46,395 bases of DNA from Deltaproteobacteria bacterium (GCA_016218805.1 JACRCW010000163.1:1-46395), one strand, 5' to 3'. Shown: positions 8,977 to 19,588, counted from the stretch's first letter. Made by a program: numbers and translations. The notes: a model not told the origin generated them from the letters alone.

Positions 8977-11289
8977 TCACGCCGCGCGGCGGCGCACGCA
9001 CGCCCCCACCAGGCCCAGCAGCGCCATGACGGACAGCACGGGCGCCGCCGGCCAACCCGTTGGCAGGTAGCGCAGGTCCACCGCGCCACCGGCCGCGTTG
9101 CGGATCACCACACCCACAAAGCTGCCCGCCACGCGCACCACGGGGAGTTCCGCGCCGTCCTGCCACGCGCGCCACCCGGACAGGAACGCCGTCCGCACCG
9201 CCACCACCCCGGCACCACCGCGTGTCACCACGCGGTAGCCCCCGTCCACGCGCGCCACCTCCACTCCGTCCAGGCCGCCGGCCGGCAGCGCCTGCTCCGC
9301 CAGGCGGTGCAGCGGGTCATCCACCCACGCCTGGGGGTCCGTGCCGCTCACCAATCCCGCCTGCAGTGACGCTTCGTCCGGCGCCCACCGCGGCGCCGCC
9401 ACCACCCAGGACGGAGGAAGCGGGCTGGTCACCGCGTACACCGCCGCGCGGTCACCGCCGCCCAGGTGGAAGCCACCGGTGATGCCGGCCACGGCCACCT
9501 CGTGCGCCGCGGCGTCCACCGGCGCGCGCGTCACCACCATGTGGGTGCACCCCGCGGCGCGCGCCGCCCATCCGTACCGGTCGTTCACCTGCGCGGACAG
9601 CCACAGGTTCATGCGGGATTGCAGCGGCCCGTACACAATGCCGGACGCCATCCCATCACACGCGTTCCACTGCGGCAGCAGCAGCAGGCGCTGCGCCAGC
9701 ACGCTGCCAAACACCCCTTCCCCCGACGAGAAACCCACCGCGGAAACGCGCAGGTCATGGCAGAGCACCGCCTCCGGGCCCAGCACGCGCAAGGGTGATT
9801 GCACACCCCGCAGGTCCGGCATCACCGGCACGGACTGCAGGTCCGCCACCGCCAGGTCCAGGACCGCCAAGCCCAGCACCCAGCGGCCACGTCGGGGGAA
9901 CCGCCACGCCACCAGCAGCGCTGCTGCCAACGGGACTGCGCCCTGCCACAGCACGCCACGCAACATCTCGGACGGCGCGGCCCACTCCGCTGTCGCCGCC
10001 GGTGCCAGCGCGTCCAGGCGTGGTGCCAGCACGGACACCGCCATCATGCCGGTCACCTGCAGCGCCAGCGCGGCGCTCCCCAAGCCCAGCAGCTGCCGGC
10101 GGAAACGCGGGAGCCGATCCGCCGCCACGGCGGCAAGGACCACGACCGCCAGCGTGGCGACGACGAGATACTTGGCCGGATAGCGGAACGCACCCAGCGG
10201 TGGCAGCACGCGCACCAGCCACGGCAGGACGGGCGTGTACTCGCCCAATGCCGCCACGGTGGCCCCCAGTGCCACAACGCCCGCCGTGCGCGCGCGCCGC
10301 GCCCCCAGGCCCGCCGCGCTCAACGCCAGCAGCAGCCAGCCGAGATAGGGCATGTCGTTCCAGAAACCACGGCCCGGACCCACGGTTCCCTCAGCCAGCG
10401 CCGGAAGCGCCACGTCACCGGCCACGCGCTCCAGCAACACGCCGGGCGCCACCGTGGCCAACCACATCCACGGCCCGTAGGACCAGGACGTGACCTCGCC
10501 CAGCGCCATCCCGCTGCGTCCGGTCAGGCGCAGGTCCGCCAGCGTGGGCCACCACAGCACCAGGCCGGCCACCACGGAGAGCACGCTGGCCAGCGCCACA
10601 AACCCGGCCACCGGGCCCGCGCGCGGCCGGTGCCGCGCCGCCACCACCTCCACGCCGCACAACACCAGGCACAGCGCCCATGACTGCGGCTCGCCGCCCA
10701 GCACGCAGCCCAACAGCGCGGTGGCCAGCGCCGCGCGCGGGAATGTGCCGTCCCGGCGCAGCAACGTCCGCACGGCGGCCCAGGCCAAGGGCATCCACGC
10801 CGCGCCAGCCATGTAGACAATGTGCAGCAGCAGGTTCACCACCGTCCCGCACAGCGCAAACGCCACGCCCGCCCATCCCGCCGTGGCGGGCCGCACGGCC
10901 AAGGTGCGCACCAGCCACGTGGTGGCGGCCGCCGCCACCGCCAGGTGCAGGATGCCCTGCACGCACGCGCCCACGTCCGGCGGGAGCGGGAGGACCAGCC
11001 AGCGCAGCGGGTAGAACAGCTGGACCTGCGGGTCGGTGGCCAGTGGCATGCCCCCGCCCAGCGCGTCAGACAGCAGCAGGCCGGCCTCACCCAGGCGGGC
11101 GCGAAGTTCGCACAGGGTGCCCACGTCCACGCGCGTGAGGTCCAGGCCCGCGTAGACCCGGCCGGCCAGCAACGGCAGTCCCAGCAGCGCCAGCACCGCC
11201 GCGGCAGCCGCGGCCGCAGCACGGCGGGTGCGGGTGGCGGACGCGGTGGTCCAATGGCCGGGTGGTGACGTCGTGCGATTCCCGGTCAT
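8977..11289 (-). CDS. YfhO-family polytopic membrane protein (GT-C-like, probable glycosyltransferase)
   Basis: 'GGGMPLATDPQVQLFYPL', about 12 TM segments, 'FRYPAKY', and a C-terminal 'FLSGWRAWQDG...FVGVVI...VDLRY.P' followed by a final TM. The start is uncertain. Confidence 0.72.
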   Translation of the reverse strand: MTGNRTTSPPGHWTTASATRTRRAAAAAAAAVLALLGLPLLAGRVYAGLDLTRVDVGTLCELRARLGEAGLLLSDALGGGMPLATDPQVQLFYPLRWLVLPLPPDVGACVQGILHLAVAAAATTWLVRTLAVRPATAGWAGVAFALCGTVVNLLLHIVYMAGAAWMPLAWAAVRTLLRRDGTFPRAALATALLGCVLGGEPQSWALCLVLCGVEVVAARHRPRAGPVAGFVALASVLSVVAGLVLWWPTLADLRLTGRSGMALGEVTSWSYGPWMWLATVAPGVLLERVAGDVALPALAEGTVGPGRGFWNDMPYLGWLLLALSAAGLGARRARTAGVVALGATVAALGEYTPVLPWLVRVLPPLGAFRYPAKYLVVATLAVVVLAAVAADRLPRFRRQLLGLGSAALALQVTGMMAVSVLAPRLDALAPAATAEWAAPSEMLRGVLWQGAVPLAAALLVAWRFPRRGRWVLGLAVLDLAVADLQSVPVMPDLRGVQSPLRVLGPEAVLCHDLRVSAVGFSSGEGVFGSVLAQRLLLLPQWNACDGMASGIVYGPLQSRMNLWLSAQVNDRYGWAARAAGCTHMVVTRAPVDAAAHEVAVAGITGGFHLGGGDRAAVYAVTSPLPPSWVVAAPRWAPDEASLQAGLVSGTDPQAWVDDPLHRLAEQALPAGGLDGVEVARVDGGYRVVTRGGAGVVAVRTAFLSGWRAWQDGAELPVVRVAGSFVGVVIRNAAGGAVDLRYLPTGWPAAPVLSVMALLGLVGACVRRRAA

Positions 11290-11326
11290 CGGTTGCGACC
11301 GGTGGTGGGTTGCCCGACCGGGGGGC

Positions 11327-12595
11327 TCAGCGGTCGCACTCGCCGCCGATCATGTTGATGCTGTCAAAGATGGGCACAATGTCCGGCAGCATCTGGCCCT
11401 TGATGAGCTGGTCCAGCGTGGAGGTCAGGATGAAGCACGGCGGCCGGCAGCGGACCTTCCAGCCGCGCCCGCCACCGTCAGAGACCAGGTAGAACCCCAG
11501 CTCGCCGTTGGCAGCCTCCGTGTACGAATAGCCCTCCCCGGCCGGCACGTGGATGCCCTCCATGATGATCTTGAAGTGCGAGATGAGCCCTTCAATGGAG
11601 TAATACACGTTGTTCTTGCCCGGCAGCGCAATGTTGGGGTCATCCACCAGCACGGGCCCCTTGGGCAGCTGGGCCACCGCCTGCTGGACGATCTTGCGGC
11701 TCTCGCGCATCTCCTCCAGGCGGCAGATGAAACGGTCGTAGCAGTCACCCTTCACGCCCACCGGGATGTCAAACTTGAAGCGGTCATACCCCAGGTACGG
11801 CATGGCCTTGCGCACGTCATACGGGACGCCGGAGCCGCGCAGGGAGGGTCCGGTCCACCCGCAGTTGACGGCGTCTTCGGCGCTCATGACGCCCACGCCC
11901 ACCATGCGGTCCACGAAGATTCGGTTGCGCCGGACCAGCTTTTCCAGGTCATCCACCTTGGCCATGCCCCAGTCCAGCGTTTCCAGCACGCGCTCGGTCC
12001 AGCCCTCCGGTGCGTCCTGCGCGGCGCCGCCCACGCGGCACCAGGACGTGGTCATGCGGGCGCCGCACAGCTCTTCAATGCGGTCCCACAGCCGTTCGCG
12101 CGCCTCCACGCAGTAGAAGAACGCGGTCAGCCCACCCAGTTCCATGGCCTGCGCCGCCGAACTGGTCAGGTGATCGGTGATGCGGCTGACCTCGCTGGCA
12201 ATGACACGCAGGTACTGCGCGCGCTCCGGCAGCTTGGTGTGGATGCCCAGCAGCTTCTCCACGGCCAGCGCGTAGCCCACGTTGTTCATCAGCGGGCTGA
12301 CGTAGTTGAGGCGGTCCGTGTACGGGAAGCACTGCGTCCAGGTGACCTGTTCACAGCTCTTCTCAAAGCCGCGGTGCAGGTAGCCCACCGTGGTGTCGCT
12401 CTTGACAATGGTCTCGCCGTCCAGTTCCACCTTGATCTGCACGGTGCCGTGGGTGGCCGGGTGGCTGGGCCCCAGGCTGATGTGCATGTGCTTGGTGTGC
12501 AGGTCGCCCGCAAGATCGGGTTCATGCTGCGGGGCGATGAAGTCGTCGCCCTCGTCCTTCTCCCAGTGCTTCTCTTCCTCGTGGTGCTGGGGCAT
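11327..12595 (-). CDS. nuoD: NADH-quinone oxidoreductase subunit D
   Basis: Motifs 'GPSHPATHG', 'GYLHRGFEK', 'YTDRLNY', 'EAANGELG' and C-terminal 'GECDR'. Confidence 0.97.
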   Translation of the reverse strand: MPQHHEEEKHWEKDEGDDFIAPQHEPDLAGDLHTKHMHISLGPSHPATHGTVQIKVELDGETIVKSDTTVGYLHRGFEKSCEQVTWTQCFPYTDRLNYVSPLMNNVGYALAVEKLLGIHTKLPERAQYLRVIASEVSRITDHLTSSAAQAMELGGLTAFFYCVEARERLWDRIEELCGARMTTSWCRVGGAAQDAPEGWTERVLETLDWGMAKVDDLEKLVRRNRIFVDRMVGVGVMSAEDAVNCGWTGPSLRGSGVPYDVRKAMPYLGYDRFKFDIPVGVKGDCYDRFICRLEEMRESRKIVQQAVAQLPKGPVLVDDPNIALPGKNNVYYSIEGLISHFKIIMEGIHVPAGEGYSYTEAANGELGFYLVSDGGGRGWKVRCRPPCFILTSTLDQLIKGQMLPDIVPIFDSINMIGGECDR

Positions 12596-12618
12596 GGCGT
12601 TCTCCGTCGCTGTGGGAG

Positions 12619-13170
12619 TCAGGCGTTGGGGTTCTTCATCGGGATGAGCGGCTGCCGCTGGCGCACCGGGTAGTCCTTGCGCAGCGGGTGGCCCACAAAT
12701 TCCTCGTACAGCAGCACGCGGCGCAGGTCCGGGTGGCCCTCAAAGCGGATGCCGTACAGGTCCCAGCCTTCGCGCTCCATCCAGTCTGCGCTCTTCCACA
12801 GCGTGGACACGGTGGGCACCACGGGGTCTTCCAGGTCCACGGGGACCTTCAGGCGCAGGCGCCAGCCGCGGGACAGGCTGAGCAGGTGGTAGACCACCTC
12901 AAACCGCGGGGCCTGGCCGCCGGTGGCGTTGGAGGCTTTGCCGGCGCCGGGGCTGCACACGCGCTGGGCGGGGGGCATGCCCAGGTAGTCCACCACGGTG
13001 AGGTCGGTGAGCATCCGGAAGTCCATGTCCGGGCTCTCCTTGAGCCACGTGCACACGGCCAGCAGCCCCTTGCGGTCCACCAGCGCGGTCTCGTCCCCGT
13101 GCTGGGCGTGCGTGCCCAGCACCTCCTGCGGGAACTTCTTCTGGAGCCGTTCGAGCGCGTCCTTGGACAT
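12619..13170 (-). CDS. nuoC: NADH-quinone oxidoreductase subunit C
   Basis: Motifs 'RFEVVYHLLS', 'WMEREGWDLYGIRFEGHPDLRR' and 'GHPLRKDYP'. GAGGAGG RBS. Confidence 0.96.
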   Translation of the reverse strand: MSKDALERLQKKFPQEVLGTHAQHGDETALVDRKGLLAVCTWLKESPDMDFRMLTDLTVVDYLGMPPAQRVCSPGAGKASNATGGQAPRFEVVYHLLSLSRGWRLRLKVPVDLEDPVVPTVSTLWKSADWMEREGWDLYGIRFEGHPDLRRVLLYEEFVGHPLRKDYPVRQRQPLIPMKNPNA

Positions 13171-13410
13171 CGGGTCCTCCTCGGGGAGGGCGCGTTCTAC
13201 CTAGGGTGGCCCAGGCGGTCCAGCGGTCCAGCGACGCCGTGGGTGCGCGGGCGTGCCGTCCACGCCGCAGGCCGCGTCCTCGTCGGTGGTCGTGCAGGTG
13301 ATTCTCCCGCGTGCGCCGTGTCGCGCGCCCCGTCCGGCATGGGGCCGCACACCGCCGAACGCGTGGCGTCGCGGTCAGCCCCACAAGAGGCCGAGTTCCC
13401 CCTCGCGCAC

Positions 13411-14493
13411 TCAGCGCTTCTTCTTGCCCTTGCCGCCGGCCTTGGCCTCGGCAACCTCAAAGCCCAGCGGAAACTCCATGGCAAAGAAGCCGCCCTTGGG
13501 CCGGGGCCACGGGTAGTTGCGCACCTCATTCTTCACGCACTCCAGCATGCGCGGATCCCCCAACGTGTCCTGCTTGACGTCCAGCTTGCTGAAGGTCCCG
13601 TCCTCCTCAATCTCCACGTCAAACTTCACCACGCCGGCAACCTTGGGATGCGTCTTGCGGGCCACCTCGTGGCAGGCGCGGGCCTTGACCGCCACGCCTT
13701 CCAGCGCCGGGCGGATGGCCTTCTCGTCCAGGATGCCCGCCTTGCGGCGGGGTTTGTCGCCGGCGGCGGGCGGGGTGGCCTGCGCCGGCTTGTCACCCGT
13801 GGGCGGCGCGGCGGCCGCGGCGGTGTCACCGGTGGCGGGCGCAGCCGCGGGGACCTCCGGGGGCCCCCCGCCGCCCAACACCGAATACCCTATGCCGACG
13901 ACCACCAGCAGGCCCACGACGGCACCGCCGATGATGGCGATCTTCTTGCCGGGCGGTTCAATGGACTGCAACTCGGTGGTGAGGGGCGCATCGCCCTCGG
14001 CCAGCATGCCGGGGCGGGTCTCCACGCGCTTGACGGACACCTTGTGGAGGCTCTCCTCCAGCGTCGTGCGCGTGATCCCCGCGGCTTCGCCGGCCTTGTA
14101 GTAGGCGTCCAGGTCCGCCGGCTCCACGTCAGGCGCGGGCTTGCTCTCCTGCTTCGCGGCGCGGGAAAGCGCGCGCGCCAGGTCCTCCGCTTTGAACTGG
14201 AACGACGGGCGGGCCGCGGTGGCGTCCGCCGGGGCGGGCTCGCTGGCCGCGGGCTGTCCGGGCGGTGGCGTGGAGGCCATGGCCTTCTCGGCCACCTCGC
14301 GCAGCTGCTCGGAGCGGGCGGCGTCCGTCTTGCCGGTGGTCTCCTGAAAATACTGGATGGGCTTGGCGCCCGTCTGGGGAATGCCAAACTCCTGGTTCGC
14401 GCTCACCACGCCGGGCGCGTCAAACTTCAGACCGCACATGCCGCAGAAGCGCGCGTCGTCGGGGAGCTGGGCCTGGCAGCGGGTGCACAGCAT
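13411..14493 (-). CDS. Zinc-ribbon / TM / AgmX-PglI-type (TonB-C-like) protein
   Basis: N-terminal CxxC...CxxC (MLCTRC...FCGMCG), a single TM and a Pro/Ala linker. C-terminal 'AGVVKFDVEIEEDG...DTLGDPRMLECV...WPRPKGG'. Confidence 0.75.
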   Translation of the reverse strand: MLCTRCQAQLPDDARFCGMCGLKFDAPGVVSANQEFGIPQTGAKPIQYFQETTGKTDAARSEQLREVAEKAMASTPPPGQPAASEPAPADATAARPSFQFKAEDLARALSRAAKQESKPAPDVEPADLDAYYKAGEAAGITRTTLEESLHKVSVKRVETRPGMLAEGDAPLTTELQSIEPPGKKIAIIGGAVVGLLVVVGIGYSVLGGGGPPEVPAAAPATGDTAAAAAPPTGDKPAQATPPAAGDKPRRKAGILDEKAIRPALEGVAVKARACHEVARKTHPKVAGVVKFDVEIEEDGTFSKLDVKQDTLGDPRMLECVKNEVRNYPWPRPKGGFFAMEFPLGFEVAEAKAGGKGKKKR

Positions 14494-14698
14494 GGGGCGG
14501 CACCGTAGAGGCACCCGCCCCCGCGCGACAAGGGCTCGCGCCCCCCCGCCCGCGGCGCCCCACGGCGACGAGAAACTCCCCGCAGCCCCTGCGGCATGGC
14601 GCCCTGCCCGGGACGCCCTCACGTCGACGCTGCCGGCGGGCGCGTGGTACCCCGCGCGGCGGGCGTGATGTCAGCCCTCCGGCGGACACCGGCGGGCC

Positions 14699-15529
14699 AT
14701 GGAGCGGAACATGATGATGCGTCTGGGATTGGCAACCCTTCTGGCAGCGGGCCTGGCGTCCTTCGGCGGGTGTTCGGGCGGTGATGACGATGACGACGCG
14801 GCGAGTTCGTCGTCGTCTTCGACGGGCGGCGGGTCCTCCAGCAGCGGCGGGGGATCCTCCAGCAGCAGCGGCGGGTTCCAGCAGCCCGCGGACGTGGAGG
14901 CGGGCAGCGCCACCACGCTGGACGTGGAGAACGCGTACGGCAGCGTGGACCTCACGGGGGAATCCCGCACCAGCGTCCACGTGGTGGCCACCTTCACCGG
15001 GCAGGACGTGGCGCGTGCGGGCGAGATCACCGTGACGTCCGCCCTCAGCGGCAGCGCGCTGCAGGTGCGCGTCATCTACCCGGCCAGCAATCCGCCCAAC
15101 GTGGTGTGCAACCTGGCCATCAGCGCGCCCGCGGGGCTGGCGCCGCAGGTCTCCACCCAGGCCGGCGCCATCACCCACGCCCACGGCACCGCCGGCGGGA
15201 CGCATGACACCGCGGCGGGCGCCATCACGGTGGTGGACGGAGCCGGCGCGTTCTCCGCCACCTCCCAGGCGGGCGCCATCAACCTGGGCCTCACGGGCAC
15301 CGTGGCCGCCCTCAGCGCCACCAGCGCCTCCGGCAACGTGGCGCTCACCCTGCCGGCCGCCACCAACGCCAACCTCAGCGCCACCACCACGCTGGGCACC
15401 ATCACCATCACGGGCATCACGCTGACCGGTACCAACACGGGGACCACCGCCAGCGGGCAGTTCGGCACCGGCGGGCCCACCCTGACCCTCCAGTCCACGA
15501 CGGGTGACATCACCATCACCGGGCAGTGA
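14699..15529 (+). CDS. Lipoprotein with DUF4097-like beta-strand repeat (adhesin-like)
   Basis: Signal peptide ending FGGC, a D/S/G low-complexity linker, and repeated 'S.(A/S)GAI.' / 'TT.GDI' beta units. Confidence 0.75.
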   Translation: MERNMMMRLGLATLLAAGLASFGGCSGGDDDDDAASSSSSSTGGGSSSSGGGSSSSSGGFQQPADVEAGSATTLDVENAYGSVDLTGESRTSVHVVATFTGQDVARAGEITVTSALSGSALQVRVIYPASNPPNVVCNLAISAPAGLAPQVSTQAGAITHAHGTAGGTHDTAAGAITVVDGAGAFSATSQAGAINLGLTGTVAALSATSASGNVALTLPAATNANLSATTTLGTITITGITLTGTNTGTTASGQFGTGGPTLTLQSTTGDITITGQ

Positions 15530-15680
15530 TCCCAGGGGAAGGCGGACAGCGGGCGGCGCCTCGGCTAGGATCAGCTTCCGGGCGCCGTCCGGTCAGCAGT
15601 GGAGCGGCGGCCGCGGCGGGACGCGGTGTCGCGCACCACGGGGCTCCATGACCATCACGGAAAGCCACAGATCACCAGCC

Positions 15681-17315
15681 ATGGACCCCGAGGAGCTGCT
15701 GCAAAGGCTCCTGGACGCGGAGAAGGCGCAGCCACTCAAGACGGGCCGGCAGGTATTCGTCAACCGCAACCTGGACCTGTCACAGGTCAGCTGGGTCGGG
15801 TTTGACATGGACTACACGCTGGCCATCTACAAACGCCTGCCCATGGAGGAGCTGCAGTACCAGCTCACCATGGAGAAGCTCATCACCAAGAAGGGCTACC
15901 CGGCGGAGATCCGCAACCTCCCGTATGACCTGCCGTTTGTCATCCGCGGGCTGGTGGTGGACAAGGCGCGCGGCAACGTCCTCAAGCTGGATGCGCACGG
16001 CAGCGTGGGGCGCGGCTACCACGGGCGCGCCGCGCTGGGCCCGGAGCGCCTGCGCGAATTGTACCGCTCCGTTGCCATCCGGCTGTCCAACAGCAAGCGG
16101 TTTGCGTCCCTGGACACGCTGTTCTCCATGCCGGAGACGGGGCTGTACGCCAACCTGGTGGAGTTCTTTGAGGCTCACGCCGCCGCCGGGGGCAACGTGG
16201 GCCCGCTGCAGCGCAACGGCGAGTACGCCGCCCTGCTGGAGACGGTGGTGACCCCCGCCGAAGCCGCGGACGTGCTGGGCAACACGCCGCCCATTGACTA
16301 CTTCCGGCTGTTTGATGACGTGCGCGAGTGCATTGACGAGGCGCACCGCGACGAGAGCCTCAAGTCCATCATCAAGCAGGACCTGGGGCGCTACATCTTC
16401 AGCGACCCGGAGTTGCCCCTCACGCTGCACAAGCTGCGCAGCAGCGGCAAGAAGCTGTTCCTGCTGACCAACAGCCACTGGGACTACACCAACCACGTCA
16501 TGAACTTCCTGCTGGAAGGCCACATTGGCGAATACCCTTCCTGGCGGCACTTCTTTGACGTGGTGGTGGTGGGCAGCGGCAAGCCGCGGTTCTTCACGGA
16601 GACGCCGCCGTTCCAGGAGCTGGACCCGGCCACGGGGGACAAGCGGCCCATCCACAACCCCACGCGCTTTGAACGCGGCAAGGTGTACCTGGGCGGCAAC
16701 ATCCGGGAGTTTGAATCCCGCGCGGGCGCCAACGGTGATGAGATCCTGTACGTGGGTGACCACATCTACGGTGACATCCTGCGGTCCAAGAAGAACCACC
16801 TGTGGCGCACGGCGCTGGTGGTGCAGGAGCTGGAGGAGGAGATTGGGCTGGTGGAGAGCCACCGCGGGCAGCTGTGGCTGGTCCAGGAACTGGACCGCAA
16901 GTCCGCTGAACTGGAGGAGCTCACCGCGCACCGCAAGGCCATCCTGGCGCGGCTGGAGCAGGACGCGGGCGCCAGCGAACTGCCCCCGGGCGTGGATGAC
17001 TCCACCCGTGAGCAGGCGGCGCGGGTGCTGCGCAAGCGCCTGGACCAGGAGAAGCGCGAAGCGCGCAACGTGACGCTGGAGGCCGCGCGCATTGAGGCGG
17101 AGGTGGTGCGCGTCCTCAACCCGTACTGGGGCATGGTGTTTAAGGAGGCACACGAACTCAGCCGGTTCGGCGAGCAGGTGGAGGACTACGCGTGCATCTA
17201 CACCTCGCGCGTGTCCAACCTGCTTTACTACTCACCCATGCATCACTTCCGCTCCCCGCGGAACCAGATGCACCATGAGCGGCTGGCGCTGGCTGGCGAG
17301 CGCCGCAACGTCTGA
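15681..17315 (+). CDS. HAD-IG family 5'-nucleotidase (cN-II/NT5DC-like)
   Basis: 'VFVNRNL...GFDMDYTLA', 'FLLTNS', 'KPRFF' and 'YVGDHIYGDI'. Alternative start at 15648. Confidence 0.93.
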   Translation: MDPEELLQRLLDAEKAQPLKTGRQVFVNRNLDLSQVSWVGFDMDYTLAIYKRLPMEELQYQLTMEKLITKKGYPAEIRNLPYDLPFVIRGLVVDKARGNVLKLDAHGSVGRGYHGRAALGPERLRELYRSVAIRLSNSKRFASLDTLFSMPETGLYANLVEFFEAHAAAGGNVGPLQRNGEYAALLETVVTPAEAADVLGNTPPIDYFRLFDDVRECIDEAHRDESLKSIIKQDLGRYIFSDPELPLTLHKLRSSGKKLFLLTNSHWDYTNHVMNFLLEGHIGEYPSWRHFFDVVVVGSGKPRFFTETPPFQELDPATGDKRPIHNPTRFERGKVYLGGNIREFESRAGANGDEILYVGDHIYGDILRSKKNHLWRTALVVQELEEEIGLVESHRGQLWLVQELDRKSAELEELTAHRKAILARLEQDAGASELPPGVDDSTREQAARVLRKRLDQEKREARNVTLEAARIEAEVVRVLNPYWGMVFKEAHELSRFGEQVEDYACIYTSRVSNLLYYSPMHHFRSPRNQMHHERLALAGERRNV

Positions 17316-17386
17316 GGCGCCCGCACGCGCTGTTGTGCTAAGGCCGTGGCCATCCGGGCGGCGCAGGCGCCGCCGGGTGGGGCCCC

Positions 17387-18433
17387 GTGACCGACGACAC
17401 TTCCACCTCTGCAATGGCTGCCCAGGCGCTTGCCGCGTTGCGCGAGGAGGCCTCCGCGCTGGACGTGGAGGACATCGTCGCGCTGTGCTTTGCGTTCAAC
17501 AAGGACCCGCGCCGGCTGCGCGTGTACCTGGACGTGCTGCGCGGCAAGGCGGGGGTGAAGGCGCAGGCGGCGGCGTGCCTGGTGTGCTTTGACCTGGCGC
17601 GCCAGGGGGACGTGCGGTTTGAGGCGGAATTCATGGCGCTCATCCCGGTGATGACGGAGTGGGCGTCCCCGGACGCGGCGGGGGGCCTGTCACTGGCGGA
17701 ACGGCTCATTGGTGACAACGAATACCTGCGCGCGCTGTGGGTGGACCTGCGGGGCCGGCTGACGCGGCTGGACCCGCGCGAGGAACCCGGCGAAGGCGTG
17801 CTGGAGGCGGACACGCTGGAGATCGCCCTGCTGGACGAGGACGACCTCGACGAGATCGGGCTGACGGAACTGGATGTGCTGGAGGTGGACGTCCAGGCGT
17901 TGCGCGCGCAATGGCTGGCGGCGCTGGACCGGTTCTGCTTCTGGAACCCGGACCCCGCCACGGCGCGGCCGGACGCGCCGCCGGGGTTCTTTGCGGACCA
18001 CCGGGCGGACATGGCGCGGCTGGACCGCTTCCGGCAGGACGCCCTCAGCCTGTCCCATGACGTGCGCGAGGCCGCGGAGATCCTCCCGCTGCTGGACCTG
18101 TTCCTGGCGGCGCACACGCGCGCGCGCACGCTGTTTGGCTCCCGCAACCGCAAGCGGGACGAACACCTGGAGCGCGGATTGGGCAGTTTCTGCGCGCTGC
18201 CCGGGCCCCCGGCGGTGGCGGTGGCGTGGCTGATGGACCCCACGGCGGCGCCGTTCAGCTGGGAGAAGGTGGCGGAGCTGCTGCTGGACTACCTGGCGTT
18301 CTTTGGACACCAGCCGCGCGCGCTGCGGACCGGGCCCATCCCGTGGGCGGTCAACGGCTACCTGCGCTCCAACCGCCCGCAGCCGCCGCCCACCGTGCTG
18401 GGCGGGGATGCCCGGGAGCGCCGCCGGCGGTGA
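17387..18433 (+). CDS. Hypothetical protein
   Basis: Long ORF with host-like codon usage filling the gap between two + strand genes. Has an acidic central segment and no recognised domain. Confidence 0.75.
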   Translation: MTDDTSTSAMAAQALAALREEASALDVEDIVALCFAFNKDPRRLRVYLDVLRGKAGVKAQAAACLVCFDLARQGDVRFEAEFMALIPVMTEWASPDAAGGLSLAERLIGDNEYLRALWVDLRGRLTRLDPREEPGEGVLEADTLEIALLDEDDLDEIGLTELDVLEVDVQALRAQWLAALDRFCFWNPDPATARPDAPPGFFADHRADMARLDRFRQDALSLSHDVREAAEILPLLDLFLAAHTRARTLFGSRNRKRDEHLERGLGSFCALPGPPAVAVAWLMDPTAAPFSWEKVAELLLDYLAFFGHQPRALRTGPIPWAVNGYLRSNRPQPPPTVLGGDARERRRR

Positions 18434-18520
18434 GGGCCCCCGGTCCTTTGACGCTCCACCACGCGGTTGGTAGGCAGACCCGCGTTTTTCCCCCGGACCC
18501 TTCCACCGACGAGGACGGCC

Positions 18521-19588
18521 ATGCTGGAGACCATTGAGAAGCACCTGGACGCGGAATCACGCAGCCTGCTGGAATACAAGGCGCGCGGCATCTCCAAGGA
18601 ATCCCTGCACCTGCCGGGGCCGGACTTTGTGGACCGCGTGTTCACGCCCACGGACCGCAGCCCGCAGGTGATGCGCAGCCTGCAGTGCATGTTCAACACG
18701 GGACGGCTGGGGGGGACCGGCTACCTGTCCATCCTCCCGGTGGACCAGGGCATTGAGCATTCGGGCGGGGCGTCCTTTGCCAAGAACCCCATCTACTTTG
18801 ACGGCGAAAACATTGTGAAGCTGGCGCTGGAAGGCGGCTGCAACGCGGTGGCCTCCACGTACGGCGTGCTGGGCAGCGTGGCGCGCCGCTACGCGCACCG
18901 CATCCCGTTCATCGTCAAGCTCAACCACAACGAGTTCCTGACCTATCCCAACAAGTTCGACCAGATCATGTTCGGGACGGTGCAACAGGCGTGGGAGATG
19001 GGCGCCACCGCGGTGGGGGCCACCATCTACTTTGGCTCCCCGGAGAGCGGCAGGCAGATCCAGGAGGTGGCGGCGGCGTTCAAGCGCGCGCACGAGCTGG
19101 GCCTGGCAACGGTGCTGTGGTGCTACCTGCGCAACAACGCATTCAAGACCAAGGAGATGGATTTCCACGTCTCCGCGGATTTGAGCGGCCAGGCCAACCA
19201 CCTGGGCGTGACGCTGGAGGCGGACATCATCAAGCAGAAGCTCCCGGAGAACAACGGCGGGTACAAGGCGCTCAACAGCAAGGAGAACCCGTACGGCAAG
19301 ACGTCAGACCGCATCTACAACGAGCTGGCGCCGGACCACGTCATCGAGTGGACACGCTACCAGGTGGCCAACTGCTTCATGGGGCGGGCGGGGCTCATCA
19401 ACTCAGGCGGCGCGTCCGGGGACAATGACTTTGGTGACGCGGCCAAGACCGCGATCATCAACAAGCGCGCAGGCGGCATGGGTCTCATCTCCGGCCGCAA
19501 GGCGTTCCAGCGGCCAATGAAGGAGGGCGTGGCGCTGCTGAACCTGATCCAGGACGTGTACCTGTCCAAGGACATCACCGTGGCGTGA
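18521..19588 (+). CDS. fbaB: Class I fructose-bisphosphate aldolase (DhnA/FbaB type)
   Basis: '[15 protein letters not shown]', 'LWCYLRN', Schiff-base region 'ADIIKQK', 'GLINSGGAS' and 'GRKAFQ'. Confidence 0.96.
   Translation: MLETIEKHLDAESRSLLEYKARGISKESLHLPGPDFVDRVFTPTDRSPQVMRSLQCMFNTGRLGGTGYLSILPVDQGIEHSGGASFAKNPIYFDGENIVKLALEGGCNAVASTYGVLGSVARRYAHRIPFIVKLNHNEFLTYPNKFDQIMFGTVQQAWEMGATAVGATIYFGSPESGRQIQEVAAAFKRAHELGLATVLWCYLRNNAFKTKEMDFHVSADLSGQANHLGVTLEADIIKQKLPENNGGYKALNSKENPYGKTSDRIYNELAPDHVIEWTRYQVANCFMGRAGLINSGGASGDNDFGDAAKTAIINKRAGGMGLISGRKAFQRPMKEGVALLNLIQDVYLSKDITVA

Noticed and set aside
14667..14677. gatgtcagccc matching the repeat at 1-196
   Set aside because: Only 11 nt with no partner arm, so it is plausibly chance.
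14780..14875. Microsatellite-like gat/gac/tcg/agc runs as a phase-variation switch
   Set aside because: In-frame triplet runs encoding a D/S/G linker after the lipobox. Length changes would not shift the frame.
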